Origin: Desulfosudaceae bacterium
GTDB lineage: Bacteria > Desulfobacterota > Desulfobacteria > Desulfobacterales > Desulfosudaceae
DNA length: 64,000 nt
Reading direction: 5' to 3'
Assembly (NCBI GenBank): GCA_963674745.2
Contig: CAXXDV010000001.1
Coordinates: 1,504,001-1,568,000, forward strand
How positions within the stretch are numbered: position 1 is the stretch's first letter; each line of letters starts with the position of its first letter. A program made the translations under genes and the position numbers. Shown in pieces: positions 9,946 to 21,130 of this stretch. A model generated the notes under the pieces. The model was not told the DNA's origin. It did no database searches and saw only the letters and a list, made by a program, of their open reading frames with translations.

Positions 9946-10443
9946 TTAATTAATTTCGTTTGTTACTTTGAAATCAATATCATTGTTTTTAAGAAAAAGT
10001 CTTAAATTGTTGAAGATCTGGACTTTGTCTTTATTGCTCACAAATGGTGCTATCGGTATGTTTAAAATTTTATCTTTTAATGAATATAAAGCTTGAAGCT
10101 CATAGCCTATTGAGCCTTTAGAAAAGTGTAAACCTAAGAATGAATGTATTGGAACTACCTTATTGGTTTTTATCGGCCCGAAATTTTTGAAGATCAACCC
10201 ATCAGAATTTATTTCAATAATTTCTTTAGCGTTTATAAAAAGCAAAATCAAAAATGATGCTACCCCCACAAGACAAGTAAGAAACAGGACAAAAAAATGG
10301 AGATAGGAAAAATCAATAATTAATTTTCTAATACCAAGGCAGGAGCCAAAAAGGAATGTGGAACCAAAAATTATCAAGAAAATAATTATGGGCTTATTTT
10401 TGGGGAAGTCTTTTGGATTTAATTCGAATATTTTATCGTTCAT
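9946..10443 (-). CDS. Cassette: 2-TM protein with soluble C-terminal domain
   Basis: Fills the cassette. Confidence 0.75.
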   Translation of the reverse strand: MNDKIFELNPKDFPKNKPIIIFLIIFGSTFLFGSCLGIRKLIIDFSYLHFFVLFLTCLVGVASFLILLFINAKEIIEINSDGLIFKNFGPIKTNKVVPIHSFLGLHFSKGSIGYELQALYSLKDKILNIPIAPFVSNKDKVQIFNNLRLFLKNNDIDFKVTNEIN

Positions 10444-10573
10444 CCTGAAGCCTAACGTCGGCCACCACCGGCGAGCAGGGATTGCAGACTTTTTTTAAAG
10501 TGCGTTCAACACCAAACTTGGCTAAAGCCAAGGCAGCCCGCCCCTGCGAGTCCGTGTGAGTGGCATTGTTGGG

Positions 10574-11017
10574 TCATTTCCTATTTAATTCACTGCTAAT
10601 GATGTCTTTAATATTCTTCTCATCAAGAAAACATTTATATAAAACGGCACGTATTCTTGATTCATCTTTTTTTGCAACGGCCGCATCAAAATCATCAAGT
10701 AAGCCTAAATTGAATAATCTTTCATTGACAGTCATTCCGTGGATTGAGCGAACAAATAACTCTTTGAACTTATCCCATGCTTGATATGCTTTGGAGTATG
10801 AAGCATTGTCTTTAAGCCAAGAATTTCCGAAGAGCTTTTCCATCGTAGAGATATCATCACCAATAGGTTGCGCTTTCACCAACTTTGAAATAATTATCGC
10901 AGAGTAGGACAGAAACCTTTCATAAATAGGTATGTCTTCAGCATAGTTTGTCTTTCTGGCAAGAGATTCAATTTCTAAAATGAATTCCGCCATCAATGAT
11001 ATTTCTGTTTCATTCAT
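10574..11017 (-). CDS. Cassette: hypothetical protein
   Basis: Contains GMTVNERLF; start corrected to ATG 11017. Confidence 0.8.
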   Translation of the reverse strand: MNETEISLMAEFILEIESLARKTNYAEDIPIYERFLSYSAIIISKLVKAQPIGDDISTMEKLFGNSWLKDNASYSKAYQAWDKFKELFVRSIHGMTVNERLFNLGLLDDFDAAVAKKDESRIRAVLYKCFLDEKNIKDIISSELNRK

Positions 11018-11032
11018 GATTTTGAGACCCAA

Positions 11033-11424
11033 CGTCTGCAGCCAAAGTAGCCAGGGCTTTCTCCGACTGCCTTAAAGATGGTTAATGTTCGATTTTCCCC
11101 GAATTTTCGAACCCGAGTGCCCTGGCTATCATTTGGGCTGCTTGGTTGTGCGAAAATATATTTTATAGTGATTCACAAAAATTTGCAGGGCTTTTCGTTA
11201 CAAAGTTTTGCAAAAAAGTACAGAAACCGTTTTTCATCTTTTCCGGATTGACTGGCGAATTCAAAAAATCCAATTTCTGGCTGATCAGAAACGCATGATC
11301 TGATCGATGCCGGTGGTTCATTCGCAAAGATGAAAAATATATCTTTTTTCCCCTTTGTTTCAAATTCATCCTGCCAAAAATTATCGAGTAGCTCGATTTT
11401 CCAAAAAGCGTTTTATACGCACAA
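11033..11424 (-). mobile_element. ORF-less cassette, family B (copy 1 of 4)
   Basis: 392-bp unit with its own attC; long hairpin at 11230-11337. Confidence 0.88.
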
Positions 11425-11557
11425 CGTCTTCAGCCAATGGGCGCCAGGGCTTCCACTGACCGGCTTAAAGTCGGATAATGTTCAATTCAGCACGGCAGTT
11501 CAAAGCCCGAGTGCCCTGGCGGTCCTTTGCGCTGAATGGTTATAAATCGAAACCTTT

Positions 11558-11881
11558 TTAATATATTTTTTCCTTTTCCCAATTGTTCAGAATTGCATCA
11601 TATCGGTCAGCTTGCTTCTCCCAACGATCCAATATATTCGACATGCGCTCAACATTGATCTTTTGTAATCCTTGTAGCCGAGCGGATTCTTCTAACTGTC
11701 TTTTAGTTTCCAATTGGAGCTCAATGTTTTTTTTGACCTGTTGCTCATACATATCAACCTGGTGTTGATATCCATTTTGTTTCTGGGGCGCTAAATGGGG
11801 GCTATTGAAAATATTGTAAACAATGATTAAGGCAAAGAATAAAATTATCGTCAGACTGACGCCTTTCCAAAAACTATTCAT
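11558..11881 (-). CDS. Cassette: membrane-anchored coiled-coil protein
   Basis: N-terminal TM followed by a Q/E/K-rich helix. Confidence 0.75.
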   Translation of the reverse strand: MNSFWKGVSLTIILFFALIIVYNIFNSPHLAPQKQNGYQHQVDMYEQQVKKNIELQLETKRQLEESARLQGLQKINVERMSNILDRWEKQADRYDAILNNWEKEKIY

Positions 11882-12016
11882 TGGTGTGCCTCATTGATTT
11901 ATAACGTCCGCCACCACCGGCGAGCAGGGTTTGCGGACTTCGCTAAAGTGAGTTTAACTCTAAATTACGCCAGACCAAAAACAGCCCGCCCCTGCGAGTC
12001 CGTGTGGGTGGCGTGG

Positions 12017-12436
12017 TTATACGCCAGATTTATTTTTTTCAACTTTTTCAAGAATGTCTTTGATTAATAAAGGGTCATCTGCCCAGAAAGGTCTTGGAAT
12101 TCTAACGACCGATTTATTTATACCGTCTTTTAGTTTTATGAACAGAAAAGGATTAAAGCTAAATGTTTTTTTTGCATTTGATAATTTAACAGTTCCTCGT
12201 CCTAAAAATGGGTCTATGGCTTCTATTTCGTCATCTACCATAACTGACCCCATGCTTAGCATAGCACTTAAAGCCCCTATGATACCGCATAATAGAGCTA
12301 TTAAACCGATAAATTTTAGAAAGGGTATGTCAAATCCACATTCACAACCAGCATAAATAAAAATAATAATCGAAGAGGATATTGCAGCGGCTAAAGACTG
12401 CTTCCAAACATTCAATTTTATAATATAATTTTTCAT
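12017..12436 (-). CDS. Cassette: membrane protein
   Basis: Fills the cassette. Confidence 0.75.
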   Translation of the reverse strand: MKNYIIKLNVWKQSLAAAISSSIIIFIYAGCECGFDIPFLKFIGLIALLCGIIGALSAMLSMGSVMVDDEIEAIDPFLGRGTVKLSNAKKTFSFNPFLFIKLKDGINKSVVRIPRPFWADDPLLIKDILEKVEKNKSGV

Positions 12437-12570
12437 TTTATTTGTGTAGCGTATAACGTCTTCAGCCAGAGGGCGCCAGGGATTCCACTGACTGACTTAA
12501 AGATGGTTAAAGTTCATTAAGCACGGTTGTTCAAAAAAGCCTGCCCTGGCGATCCTGCTGGGCTGAATTG

Positions 12571-12951
12571 TTAGAATTTCAATAATTTTAGAACCTTATC
12601 TTTAATGGACGCTTTATCTTTGTGCTGTTCTAAAACATCTGGGTGATAAAGTTTTTCTGCATCCTTCGTTCTATAACCATACTTGCGCCCAGCATCCGGA
12701 TTCTCAGTATCAACAATTGTCCCAACATGCCATCCTTCGTATCTTACCGCACAACTAATATGTAAGGTAAGAAAGGTTCCTTTATTTTCGATTTTTCGAA
12801 TAATTACGCTAAATGGATGATGTGTCTCATATAGGATAAATTCATCATCCACATTCAAATCGCCAGATATTACCTGAACGTCGATTTGTGGTTTATGATC
12901 AAAATCCTTTTTTTCTATTGGCCGAGAGGCAATTATTTTGAAAACAGCCAT
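12571..12951 (-). CDS. Cassette: hypothetical protein
   Basis: Fills the cassette. Confidence 0.75.
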   Translation of the reverse strand: MAVFKIIASRPIEKKDFDHKPQIDVQVISGDLNVDDEFILYETHHPFSVIIRKIENKGTFLTLHISCAVRYEGWHVGTIVDTENPDAGRKYGYRTKDAEKLYHPDVLEQHKDKASIKDKVLKLLKF

Positions 12952-13087
12952 AGGTATAATTTTATAATTCTAACGTCCGCCACCACCGGCGAGCAGGGGT
13001 CTGCGGACTTCGCTAAAGTAAAGTTCAACTCCAAATTACGCCAAAGCCAAAACAGCCCGCCCCTGCGAGTCTGTGTGAGTGGCGTGG

Positions 13088-13711
13088 TTAGCCTGCTTTA
13101 TCTATATAATTTAGTAACTCAGACATATTAACATTATAGTTTGTAAAAAACATGTGCCCTTTGCCAGTTCTATCTCTTTTTCTGCATTTTTCTCTATGTG
13201 ACTTGTTAATTGATAATTCATATTTTGTAAAATCATGAATTTTGATACCGATCACGGTAATTCGTGGGCTTGGTCTTATAACAAGTTCAAAATCATTATA
13301 AGGCAATTTAATACCAATTCGATAATCTTCATATCCCTGGCTATCAAATTTGCCAATCACAGGCAGTTCAAATAAATCTTTGAAGCCGAAAACGCCAAAA
13401 AAAAACGATAGTAAAATAAAGAAAATTCCTGGAATGAGTCCAGTAACTCCGTGTATATGAATGATGTATGCGCCACATAGCAGTAGAATCATGCCTAAAA
13501 AAATTACAATTAGGGAGATTTGTTTATTTGATGTCACTTCGATTTTGTCTTTAGTGATGAACCGGGTATTATTTTTTCCCTTTTTCCTATCGGATATTTC
13601 TTTTTTAACAAGCTCAAATCGATCTTTATATTTCTCCCTATCTATATGGAAATAAATATCCTTTAATTCGTCCAAGCCCAATTGGTTAAGATATTCTTGG
13701 TAATCGTTCAT
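13088..13711 (-). CDS. Cassette: membrane protein
   Basis: Two central TM segments; fills the cassette. Confidence 0.75.
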   Translation of the reverse strand: MNDYQEYLNQLGLDELKDIYFHIDREKYKDRFELVKKEISDRKKGKNNTRFITKDKIEVTSNKQISLIVIFLGMILLLCGAYIIHIHGVTGLIPGIFFILLSFFFGVFGFKDLFELPVIGKFDSQGYEDYRIGIKLPYNDFELVIRPSPRITVIGIKIHDFTKYELSINKSHREKCRKRDRTGKGHMFFTNYNVNMSELLNYIDKAG

Positions 13712-13851
13712 CAAGATTTTCTCAGGCTAACGTCCGCCACCACCGGCGAGCAGGGTTTGCAGACTTCGCTAAAGTGAGTTTAACTCCAAATTACGCCAAA
13801 ACCAAAGCCGACCGCCCCTGCGAGTCCGTGTGAGTGGCGTTGTTAGCTGTT

Positions 13852-14355
13852 TCATTGATCAGCTGTAAACAATACATATCGATTATTTTCAGCTGCCCGA
13901 TTATATAATTGTCGAACATTTTGAAACCAATCCCAAGTGTATTCAAAATCCTCGTCTGTTAATTCCATACCGTAGCTTTCAGGGTTTATGCTAAAATATT
14001 TTTTTCTAAATTCGCTTTCTGATATTTCTATTAAAGCCTTATTGATATCTTTAACTTGATCGGGAGATTTTAAACTCATTATATAGTCATCGTCTGTGTA
14101 GAGAAGATCACCAGCAAGAACAACATGATTTAATGGGTAATTACCACCATCCCAAGTTAACTCACCATCGGCAAGAACACGATGCATCGCATCCCAAGCT
14201 TTGTCACTTTCAGCAGCGAATTTCTTGTCATCTTCTAAGTATTGTTCTTCAATTACTTCAGTGACAAACTCAAGTCGATCTTGCTCATCGTCCATTGATA
14301 TAATCGTTTTGACTTCTGATTCATTAAGAGCGAAATGGACACCTAAACATGACAT
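13852..14355 (-). CDS. Cassette: YfbM/DUF1877 family protein
   Basis: DKAWDAMH motif; AGGAG RBS before MSCLG at 14355. Confidence 0.85.
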   Translation of the reverse strand: MSCLGVHFALNESEVKTIISMDDEQDRLEFVTEVIEEQYLEDDKKFAAESDKAWDAMHRVLADGELTWDGGNYPLNHVVLAGDLLYTDDDYIMSLKSPDQVKDINKALIEISESEFRKKYFSINPESYGMELTDEDFEYTWDWFQNVRQLYNRAAENNRYVLFTADQ

Positions 14356-14380
14356 TATAGGTTCTCCTTCCAACAGCTAA

Positions 14381-15164
14381 CGTCTGCAGCCAAAGTAGCC
14401 AGGGCTTTCTCCGACTGCCTTAAAGATGGTTAATGTTCGATTTTCCCCGAATTTTCGAACCCGAGTGCCCTGGCTATCATTTGGGCTGCTTGGTTGTGCG
14501 AAAATATATTTTATAGTGATTCACAAAAATTTGCAGGGCTTTTCGTTACAAAGTTTTGCAAAAAAGTACAGAAACCGTTTTTCATCTTTTCCGGATTGAC
14601 TGGCGAATTCAAAAAATCCAATTTCTGGCTGATCAGAAACGCATGATCTGATCGATGCCGGTGGTTCATTCGCAAAGATGAAAAATATATCTTTTTTCCC
14701 CTTTGTTTCAAATTCATCCTGCCAAAAATTATCGAGTAGCTCGATTTTCCAAAAAGCGTTTTATACGCACAACGTCTGCAGCCAAAGTAGCCAGGGCTTT
14801 CTCCGACTGCCTTAAAGATGGTTAATGTTCAATTTTCCCCGAATTTTCGAACCCGAGTGCCCTGGCTGTCATTTGGGCTGCTTGGTTGTGCGAAAATATA
14901 TTTTATAGTGATTCACAAAAATTTGCAGGGCTTTTCGTTACAAAGTTTTGCAAAAAAGTACAGAAACCGTTTTTCATCTTTTTCGGATTGACTGGCGAAT
15001 TCAAAAAATCCATTTTCCGGCTGATCAGAAACGCATGATCTGATCGATGCCGGTGGTTCATTCGCAAAGATGAAAAATAAATCTTTTTTCCCCTTTGTTT
15101 CAAATTCATCCTGCCAAAAATTATCGAGTAGCTCGATTTTCCAAAAAGCGTTTTATACGCACAA
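14381..15164 (-). mobile_element. Two tandem ORF-less family B cassettes (14381-14772, 14773-15164)
   Basis: Near-identical to 11033-11424 with a few substitutions. Confidence 0.88.
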
Positions 15165-15282
15165 CGCCCGCCACCACCGGCGAGCAGGGTTTGCGGACTT
15201 CTCTAAAGTGAGTTCAACTCCAAATTACGCCACAACAAAAGCCGCGCGTCCCTGCGAGTCCGTGTGGGTGGCGTTGTTATCT

Positions 15283-15522
15283 CTAAATGTTATGCTTTTT
15301 TTTAACTTCTGAGATTCTATCCCAAACTGCTTTTGAAACTGAATCTTGGGATACTTGATCGAAAATGTTATTTAGTACCCGTTTTTCATCATCATCAATA
15401 ATATTATCGGCCATTGCTAATCCAAGCAGATAATTGATTTCTCCAATATCCAGCGTACCATCATCAGTGAAACATTTAATAGAGTCGAGGGCAATTCTTA
15501 AATGACTTTCAAGTGGTGACAT
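15283..15522 (-). CDS. Cassette: small TerB-like protein (copy 2)
   Basis: Identical to 7159-7398. Confidence 0.65.
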   Translation of the reverse strand: MSPLESHLRIALDSIKCFTDDGTLDIGEINYLLGLAMADNIIDDDEKRVLNNIFDQVSQDSVSKAVWDRISEVKKKHNI

Positions 15523-15719
15523 TTGATTGTACCTTTCTCTCCAAGAGGGTTGTCGGTTAAAGCGCACTTAATATTATAAGAGAGATAACGTCTGCAGCCA
15601 AAAGCAGCCAGGGCTTCCACTGCCGTTCTTAAAATTGTTTGCTGTTTAAAAACCACCGAATGTTCAAAAACGCCTTAGCCCTGGATGTCTTCTTGGGCTG
15701 CTTGGTTATACTCCGCCAG

Positions 15720-16025
15720 TCATTTTGAGGTTAACATCAATAGTGTTATAAAAAGCCATATAAAAATAAGGCAGATGCTAAAAGCTCCCCATTTTTTTCT
15801 TTTAAAATCCCGTACGCAAACACCAACAGATCCAATAAAGACGATTACTGATAGTGCTGAAAGCAAATAATGATCATTTTTGTACAATTCTGTAGCGACA
15901 TAGGTTGGAAGACAAATAATTAATAGTAACATCAAAAAACTGAGCGCAATAAAGTGAATGGCTTGATCTAGAAAATCCATTCCTTTGAAAAAGCTCTTAA
16001 TATATTCGAACATTCTTAATTCCAT
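15720..16025 (-). CDS. Cassette: small membrane protein
   Basis: Three hydrophobic segments. Confidence 0.75.
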   Translation of the reverse strand: MELRMFEYIKSFFKGMDFLDQAIHFIALSFLMLLLIICLPTYVATELYKNDHYLLSALSVIVFIGSVGVCVRDFKRKKWGAFSICLIFIWLFITLLMLTSK

Positions 16026-16151
16026 GCGGAGTATAACGTCTTCAGCCAGAGGGCGCCAGGGCTTCCACTGACTTGATTAAAGGTGGTTAATGTCCAGTTC
16101 TCTCAAAAGTTCAAAACCCGAGTGCCCTGGCGATCCTACTGGGCTGAATTG

Positions 16152-16679
16152 TTAGCCTTTTTTATTTTTATAATTGATTACGGTAATCCTATCTGTATCG
16201 GGTAACTCAATCCAGTTTTCATCTGGAAAATCTGGATCTTTCCCAATGCACACATATGGGTGGCTGTTTATTTCGCAAACCTTTTTATAATCTTGAAGAT
16301 CATTTTGGATTTCTTCCCATGTATCGCCAGATGCAATACAATCTATATCACCGGGGAAAGACGTATCCCCCAAAATACTCCAATTTTCGCCTTCTCGATA
16401 ATTATTCTTGGCTCTGCTTAAAAGACTCTCAGAAAAAATTCCACGTATCGGATATGCATTCTTGAATATACTCAAAATATATTTGGAATTTATATTCATT
16501 TCGTTGTTTTCTGCATAGAGTACAAGATTCTTATACCTATCTATAGAATTGATGAAAAAGTCTGGCCCTTTACCAGGGAAATTAACAAAGTGTACATCAA
16601 CAAAAAGCAAATCTTGTTCCTGAAGCCATGTCCTCAAGGTTTCCGTAACAAATTGATCGTTGTAAGAAAAAGGTCCCAT
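16152..16679 (-). CDS. Cassette: hypothetical protein
   Basis: Start corrected to MGPFSYND at 16679. Confidence 0.75.
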   Translation of the reverse strand: MGPFSYNDQFVTETLRTWLQEQDLLFVDVHFVNFPGKGPDFFINSIDRYKNLVLYAENNEMNINSKYILSIFKNAYPIRGIFSESLLSRAKNNYREGENWSILGDTSFPGDIDCIASGDTWEEIQNDLQDYKKVCEINSHPYVCIGKDPDFPDENWIELPDTDRITVINYKNKKG

Positions 16680-16693
16680 GTTTGTAAGGCTAA

Positions 16694-17502
16694 CGTCTGC
16701 AGCCAAAGTAGCCAGGGCTTCCAGTGACTGACTTTAAGGTGGTTGATGTTCAATTTCCCCCGAATGTTCAAAAGCCGAATGCCCTGGCTATCATTTGGGC
16801 TGCTTGGTTAAGTGCCCGCATTATTCAGAAAGACTTAAACGACAGCATGGGCAAATAAAATAAAATGTTATTTTTCTTTTTACGCTTTGTCCATCATGTA
16901 CTTATGAAAACGGGTAGGTCTCTTTTCATCCGGACAAATAAAGGCGCATTATCACTTGGCCGCGCCAGTTCGAAATTACAATTTATCTTTACTGGACAAA
17001 AATATCAACTTGGTGACAATTACCATTTTGGCAACGAATGTCGATTTCAGCCCAAATTCTTTTTTTTATTTTTTTCCCGTACAGAATCAGTGCACTTAAC
17101 GTCTGCAGCCAAAGTAGCCAGGGCTTCCAGTGACTGACTTTAAGGTGGTTGATGTTCAATTTCCCCCGAATGTTCAAAAGCCGAATGCCCTGGCTATCAT
17201 TTGGGCTGCTTGGTTAAGTGCCCGCATTATTGAGAAAGACTTTAACGACAGCATGGGCAAATAAATTAAAATGATATTTTTCTTTTTACGCCTTGTCCAT
17301 CATGAACTTATGAAAACGGGTAGGTCTCTTTTCATCCGGACAAATAAAGGCGCAAAATCAAACAGTCCCGCCAGATCAAAATACAGCTTATCTTTACTGA
17401 TTGAAAATATCAATCTAGTGACAATTTCCATAGTGGCAACGAAGATCATTTTTCGTCAAAATTCTTTTTTTATTTTTTCCCGTACAGATTAAGTGCACTT
17501 AA
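16694..17502 (-). mobile_element. Two tandem ORF-less family A cassettes (variant 16694-17099; canonical 17100-17502)
   Basis: Share attC type and the invariant hairpin core with 6170-6572. Confidence 0.9.
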
Positions 17503-17615
17503 CGTCCGCCACCACCTGCGAGCAGGGAATGCGGTCTTCGCTAAAGTGAGTTTAACACCAAACTACGCCAAAGCCAAAAACAGCCCACCCCTGCGAGTCT
17601 GTGTGAGTGGCGTTG

Positions 17616-17837
17616 TTATACCTTTTCTCTTTTTTTCTTTAAAGTCGCTAATGAATTCACTATTGCTGCTACAAGAAAGACGCCGCTTAGAAACAGCAAT
17701 ATTGGACATGAAATCATGACGAATTTCTCAGCAGGTGAATTGGGTACGACAGAAATGGAGGAAATTACAAGAAAGGGAATAAAACAAAGGAAGAAACCCG
17801 CCCAAAAGGAATGCTGCTTATGTTTCCCTGATTCCAT
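17616..17837 (-). CDS. Cassette: small membrane ORF (second ORF of a two-ORF or degraded cassette)
   Basis: 73 aa, two hydrophobic segments. Confidence 0.5.
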   Translation of the reverse strand: MESGKHKQHSFWAGFFLCFIPFLVISSISVVPNSPAEKFVMISCPILLFLSGVFLVAAIVNSLATLKKKREKV

Positions 17838-17867
17838 ATATTAAACCTTTTCAAATGTATAAAACAT

Positions 17868-18044
17868 TCATCCAAAACAAGATAACATTAAAACAACCCC
17901 ATGACACGCAAAACCACCAATCAGGAATTTAATGGCGCTTGGCCTTTTCTGATCATTTATTTGTTCTAAAAGGACTTCTGCAATTCCAATAAATTCTAAA
18001 ACTATTCCACAGACAGTCAGGATTATAACAAAAGGTATATCCAT
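17868..18044 (-). CDS. Cassette: 58-aa hydrophobic ORF (below track cutoff)
   Basis: Manual translation MDIPFVIILTVCG...LSCFG*; same frame as 17616-17837. Confidence 0.45.
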   Translation of the reverse strand: MDIPFVIILTVCGIVLEFIGIAEVLLEQINDQKRPSAIKFLIGGFACHGVVLMLSCFG

Positions 18045-18180
18045 ATTCTTTTAGGTCGGTATAACGTCTTCAGCCAAAGGGCGCCAGGGCTTCCTCTGAC
18101 TGTCTTAAAGATGGTTAATATTCAGTTTCCCCCAAATGTTCAAAACCCGAGTGCCCTGGCGATCCTTTTGCGCTGAATGG

Positions 18181-18708
18181 TTAACTGTTGACTATATAAT
18201 TTTTAAAAATTTTATGAAAACGTTTATGTAAATCTACCAATTCCGGGTTTTGAATGAACCTTGTAAATTGGATAAATATATATAGGGTGGCAATTATCAG
18301 AATTGGGAAAGCAATATTAACAAGTACCTCTTTATCAAAGACCATACCTATCGCCACACAACACCATGAAATAACCATGACTATTCCAAAAAACCAGTTT
18401 ACCAATTGCTTAGATTTGAACAAATTAAATGGTGGTAAAAGCCTTGAAGTGGCTTTCAAGAAAGATTTATCGCCATTTGGAACTATTTCTCCCGTGACGA
18501 CAATATCGGTTATGTTGCTGTAGATCGTATTTGGCCAAACCAAAAATTTATTTTTGTATATTATGCCTTTAATGCTTGTCTTTGTCATGAACCATGGCAA
18601 AAGAATATGATCGAGAGAAGCGGATAACACACCGAGGGCATGCTTGGCATTGCAGTTAAGCAGCAACTCAGTCTCGAATTTATCTTTGTCCTTTGTACTA
18701 TCGTTCAT
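18181..18708 (-). CDS. Cassette: membrane protein
   Basis: Two C-terminal TM segments; fills the cassette. Confidence 0.75.
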   Translation of the reverse strand: MNDSTKDKDKFETELLLNCNAKHALGVLSASLDHILLPWFMTKTSIKGIIYKNKFLVWPNTIYSNITDIVVTGEIVPNGDKSFLKATSRLLPPFNLFKSKQLVNWFFGIVMVISWCCVAIGMVFDKEVLVNIAFPILIIATLYIFIQFTRFIQNPELVDLHKRFHKIFKNYIVNS

Positions 18709-18726
18709 TACTTTTTATACAGTTAA

Positions 18727-19923
18727 CGGCGGCAGCCAAAGTAGCCAGGGCTTTCTCCGACTGCCTTAAAGATGGTTAATGTTCAATTTCCCCCGAATTT
18801 TCGAACCCGAGTGCCCTGGCTGTCATTTGGGCTGCTTGGTTGTGCGAAAATATATTTTATAGTGATTCACAAAAATTTGCAGGGCTTTTCGTTACAAAGT
18901 TTTGCAAAAAAGTACAGAAACCGTTTTTCATCTTTTCCGGATTGACTGGCGAATTCAAAAAATCCATTTTCCGGCTGATCAGAAACGCATGATCCGATCG
19001 ATGCCGGTGGTTCATTCGCAAAGATGAAAATTATATCTTTTTCCCCTTTGTTTCAAATTCATCCTGCCAAAAATTATCGAGCAGCTCGATTTTCCAAAAA
19101 GTGTTTTATACGCACAACGGCGGCAGCCAAAGCAGCCAGGGCTTCCACTGCCTTTATTAAAGTTGTTTGCTGCTCAATTCCCCCGGCATGTTCAAAAACC
19201 GAATGCCCTGGCTGTCATTTGGGCTGCTTGGTTAAGTGCCCGCATTATTCAGAAAGCCTTTAACGACAGCATGGGCAAATCAATTAAAATGATTTTTTTC
19301 TTTTTACGCCTTGTCCATCATGAACTTATGAAAACGGGTAGGTCTCTTTTCATCCGGACAAATAAAGGCGCAAAATCAAACAGTCCCGCCAGATCAAAAT
19401 ACAGCTTATCTTTACTGATTGAAAATATCAATCTGGTGACAATTTCCATAGTGGCAACGAAGATCATTTTTCGTCAAAATTCTTTTTTTATTTTTTCCCG
19501 TACAGATTAAGTGCACTTAACGTCTGCAGCCAAAGTAGCCAGGGCTTCCAGTGACTGACTTTAAGGTGGTTGATGTTCAATTTCCCCCGAATGTTCAAAA
19601 GCCGAATGCCCTGGCTATCATTTGGGCTGCTTGGTTAAGTGCCCGCATTATTGAGAAAGACTTTAACGACAGCATGGGCAAATAAATTAAAATGATATTT
19701 TTCTTTTTACGCCTTGTCCATCATGAACTTATGAAAACGGGTAGGTCTCTTTTCATCCGGACAAATAAAGGCGCAAAATCAAACAGTCCCGCCAGATCAA
19801 AATACAGCTTATCTTTACTGATTGAAAATATCAATCTGGTGACAATTTCCATAGTGGCAACGAAGATCATTTTTCGTCAAAATTCTTTTTTTATTTTTTC
19901 CCGTACAGATTAAGTGCACTTAA
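18727..19923 (-). mobile_element. Three consecutive ORF-less cassettes: B (18727-19117), A (19118-19520), A (19521-19923)
   Basis: Direct sequence match to families A and B. Confidence 0.9.
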
Positions 19924-20038
19924 CGTCTTCAGCCAATGGGCGCCAGGGCCTTCTCTGACTGATTTAAAGTTGGTTAATATTCAATTCAGCACGGCTGTTC
20001 AAAACCCGAGTGCCCTGGCGGTCCTTTGCGCTGAATGG

Positions 20039-20443
20039 TTATCTTCTTTTTATTTTTTTATTATTTATCGCTTCCCAATTATCCCAGAATTCTTTTCTGT
20101 GTCTCTCATAATCTTCTTCTGTATTATGATAAAGGAACACTTCCTTTAGGTTTATAAAATCACTTTTTGTGAGAAAGTTTGGCAAGATTTTTCGAATATG
20201 TTCTTTTTCAAGCAGGTGTTCATAGAAATGAGTTAAAACAACTGTTCTGATCTCAGCATTGTCAGAATCCTCAAGACACCATTTCGCATAATCAAAAATT
20301 TCATTAAGGCTCTCAAAATCTTTATTCTCGATAAGCATATCCAATTCTATCCAAAGCATTCCAATAGAATCGATTTCATTAGATTGGATCAGTTCCCGTT
20401 GGGATGGAATTTTCTCCAATGCATTTTTTCGCCATTCGTTCAT
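20039..20443 (-). CDS. Cassette: hypothetical helical protein (tandem copy 1)
   Basis: Start corrected to MNEWRKNA; part of a 540-bp tandem duplication. Confidence 0.78.
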   Translation of the reverse strand: MNEWRKNALEKIPSQRELIQSNEIDSIGMLWIELDMLIENKDFESLNEIFDYAKWCLEDSDNAEIRTVVLTHFYEHLLEKEHIRKILPNFLTKSDFINLKEVFLYHNTEEDYERHRKEFWDNWEAINNKKIKRR

Positions 20444-20578
20444 TTTTTCTCGTTGGAAGATAACGTCTTCAGCCAATGGGCGCCAGGGCCTTCTCTGACT
20501 GATTTAAAGTTGGTTAATATTCAATTCAGCACGGCTGTTCAAAACCCGAGTGCCCTGGCGGTCCTTTGCGCTGAATGG

Positions 20579-20983
20579 TTATCTTCTTTTTATTTTTTTA
20601 TTATTTATCGCTTCCCAATTATCCCAGAATTCTTTTCTGTGTCTCTCATAATCTTCTTCTGTATTATGATAAAGGAACACTTCCTTTAGGTTTATAAAAT
20701 CACTTTTTGTGAGAAAGTTTGGCAAGATTTTTCGAATATGTTCTTTTTCAAGCAGGTGTTCATAGAAATGAGTTAAAACAACTGTTCTGATCTCAGCATT
20801 GTCAGAATCCTCAAGACACCATTTCGCATAATCAAAAATTTCATTAAGGCTCTCAAAATCTTTATTCTCGATAAGCATATCCAATTCTATCCAAAGCATT
20901 CCAATAGAATCGATTTCATTAGATTGGATCAGTTCCCGTTGGGATGGAATTTTCTCCAATGCATTTTTTCGCCATTCGTTCAT
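20579..20983 (-). CDS. Cassette: hypothetical helical protein (tandem copy 2)
   Basis: Identical to 20039-20443. Confidence 0.78.
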   Translation of the reverse strand: MNEWRKNALEKIPSQRELIQSNEIDSIGMLWIELDMLIENKDFESLNEIFDYAKWCLEDSDNAEIRTVVLTHFYEHLLEKEHIRKILPNFLTKSDFINLKEVFLYHNTEEDYERHRKEFWDNWEAINNKKIKRR

Positions 20984-21130
20984 TTTTTCTCGTTGGAAGA
21001 TAACGTCCGCCACCACCGGCGAGCAGGGCTTGCGGACTTCGCTAAAGTGAGTTTAACTCCAAAATACGCCAAAGCCAAGGCGGCCCGCCCCTGCGAGTCT
21101 GTGTGGGTGGCGTTGTTATATGCAAAAATA

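Noticed and set aside
11163..11369. 68-aa ORF in family B cassettes
   Set aside because: TTG start, overlaps the hairpin, and frameshifted in the 18727 copy. Not fully excluded.
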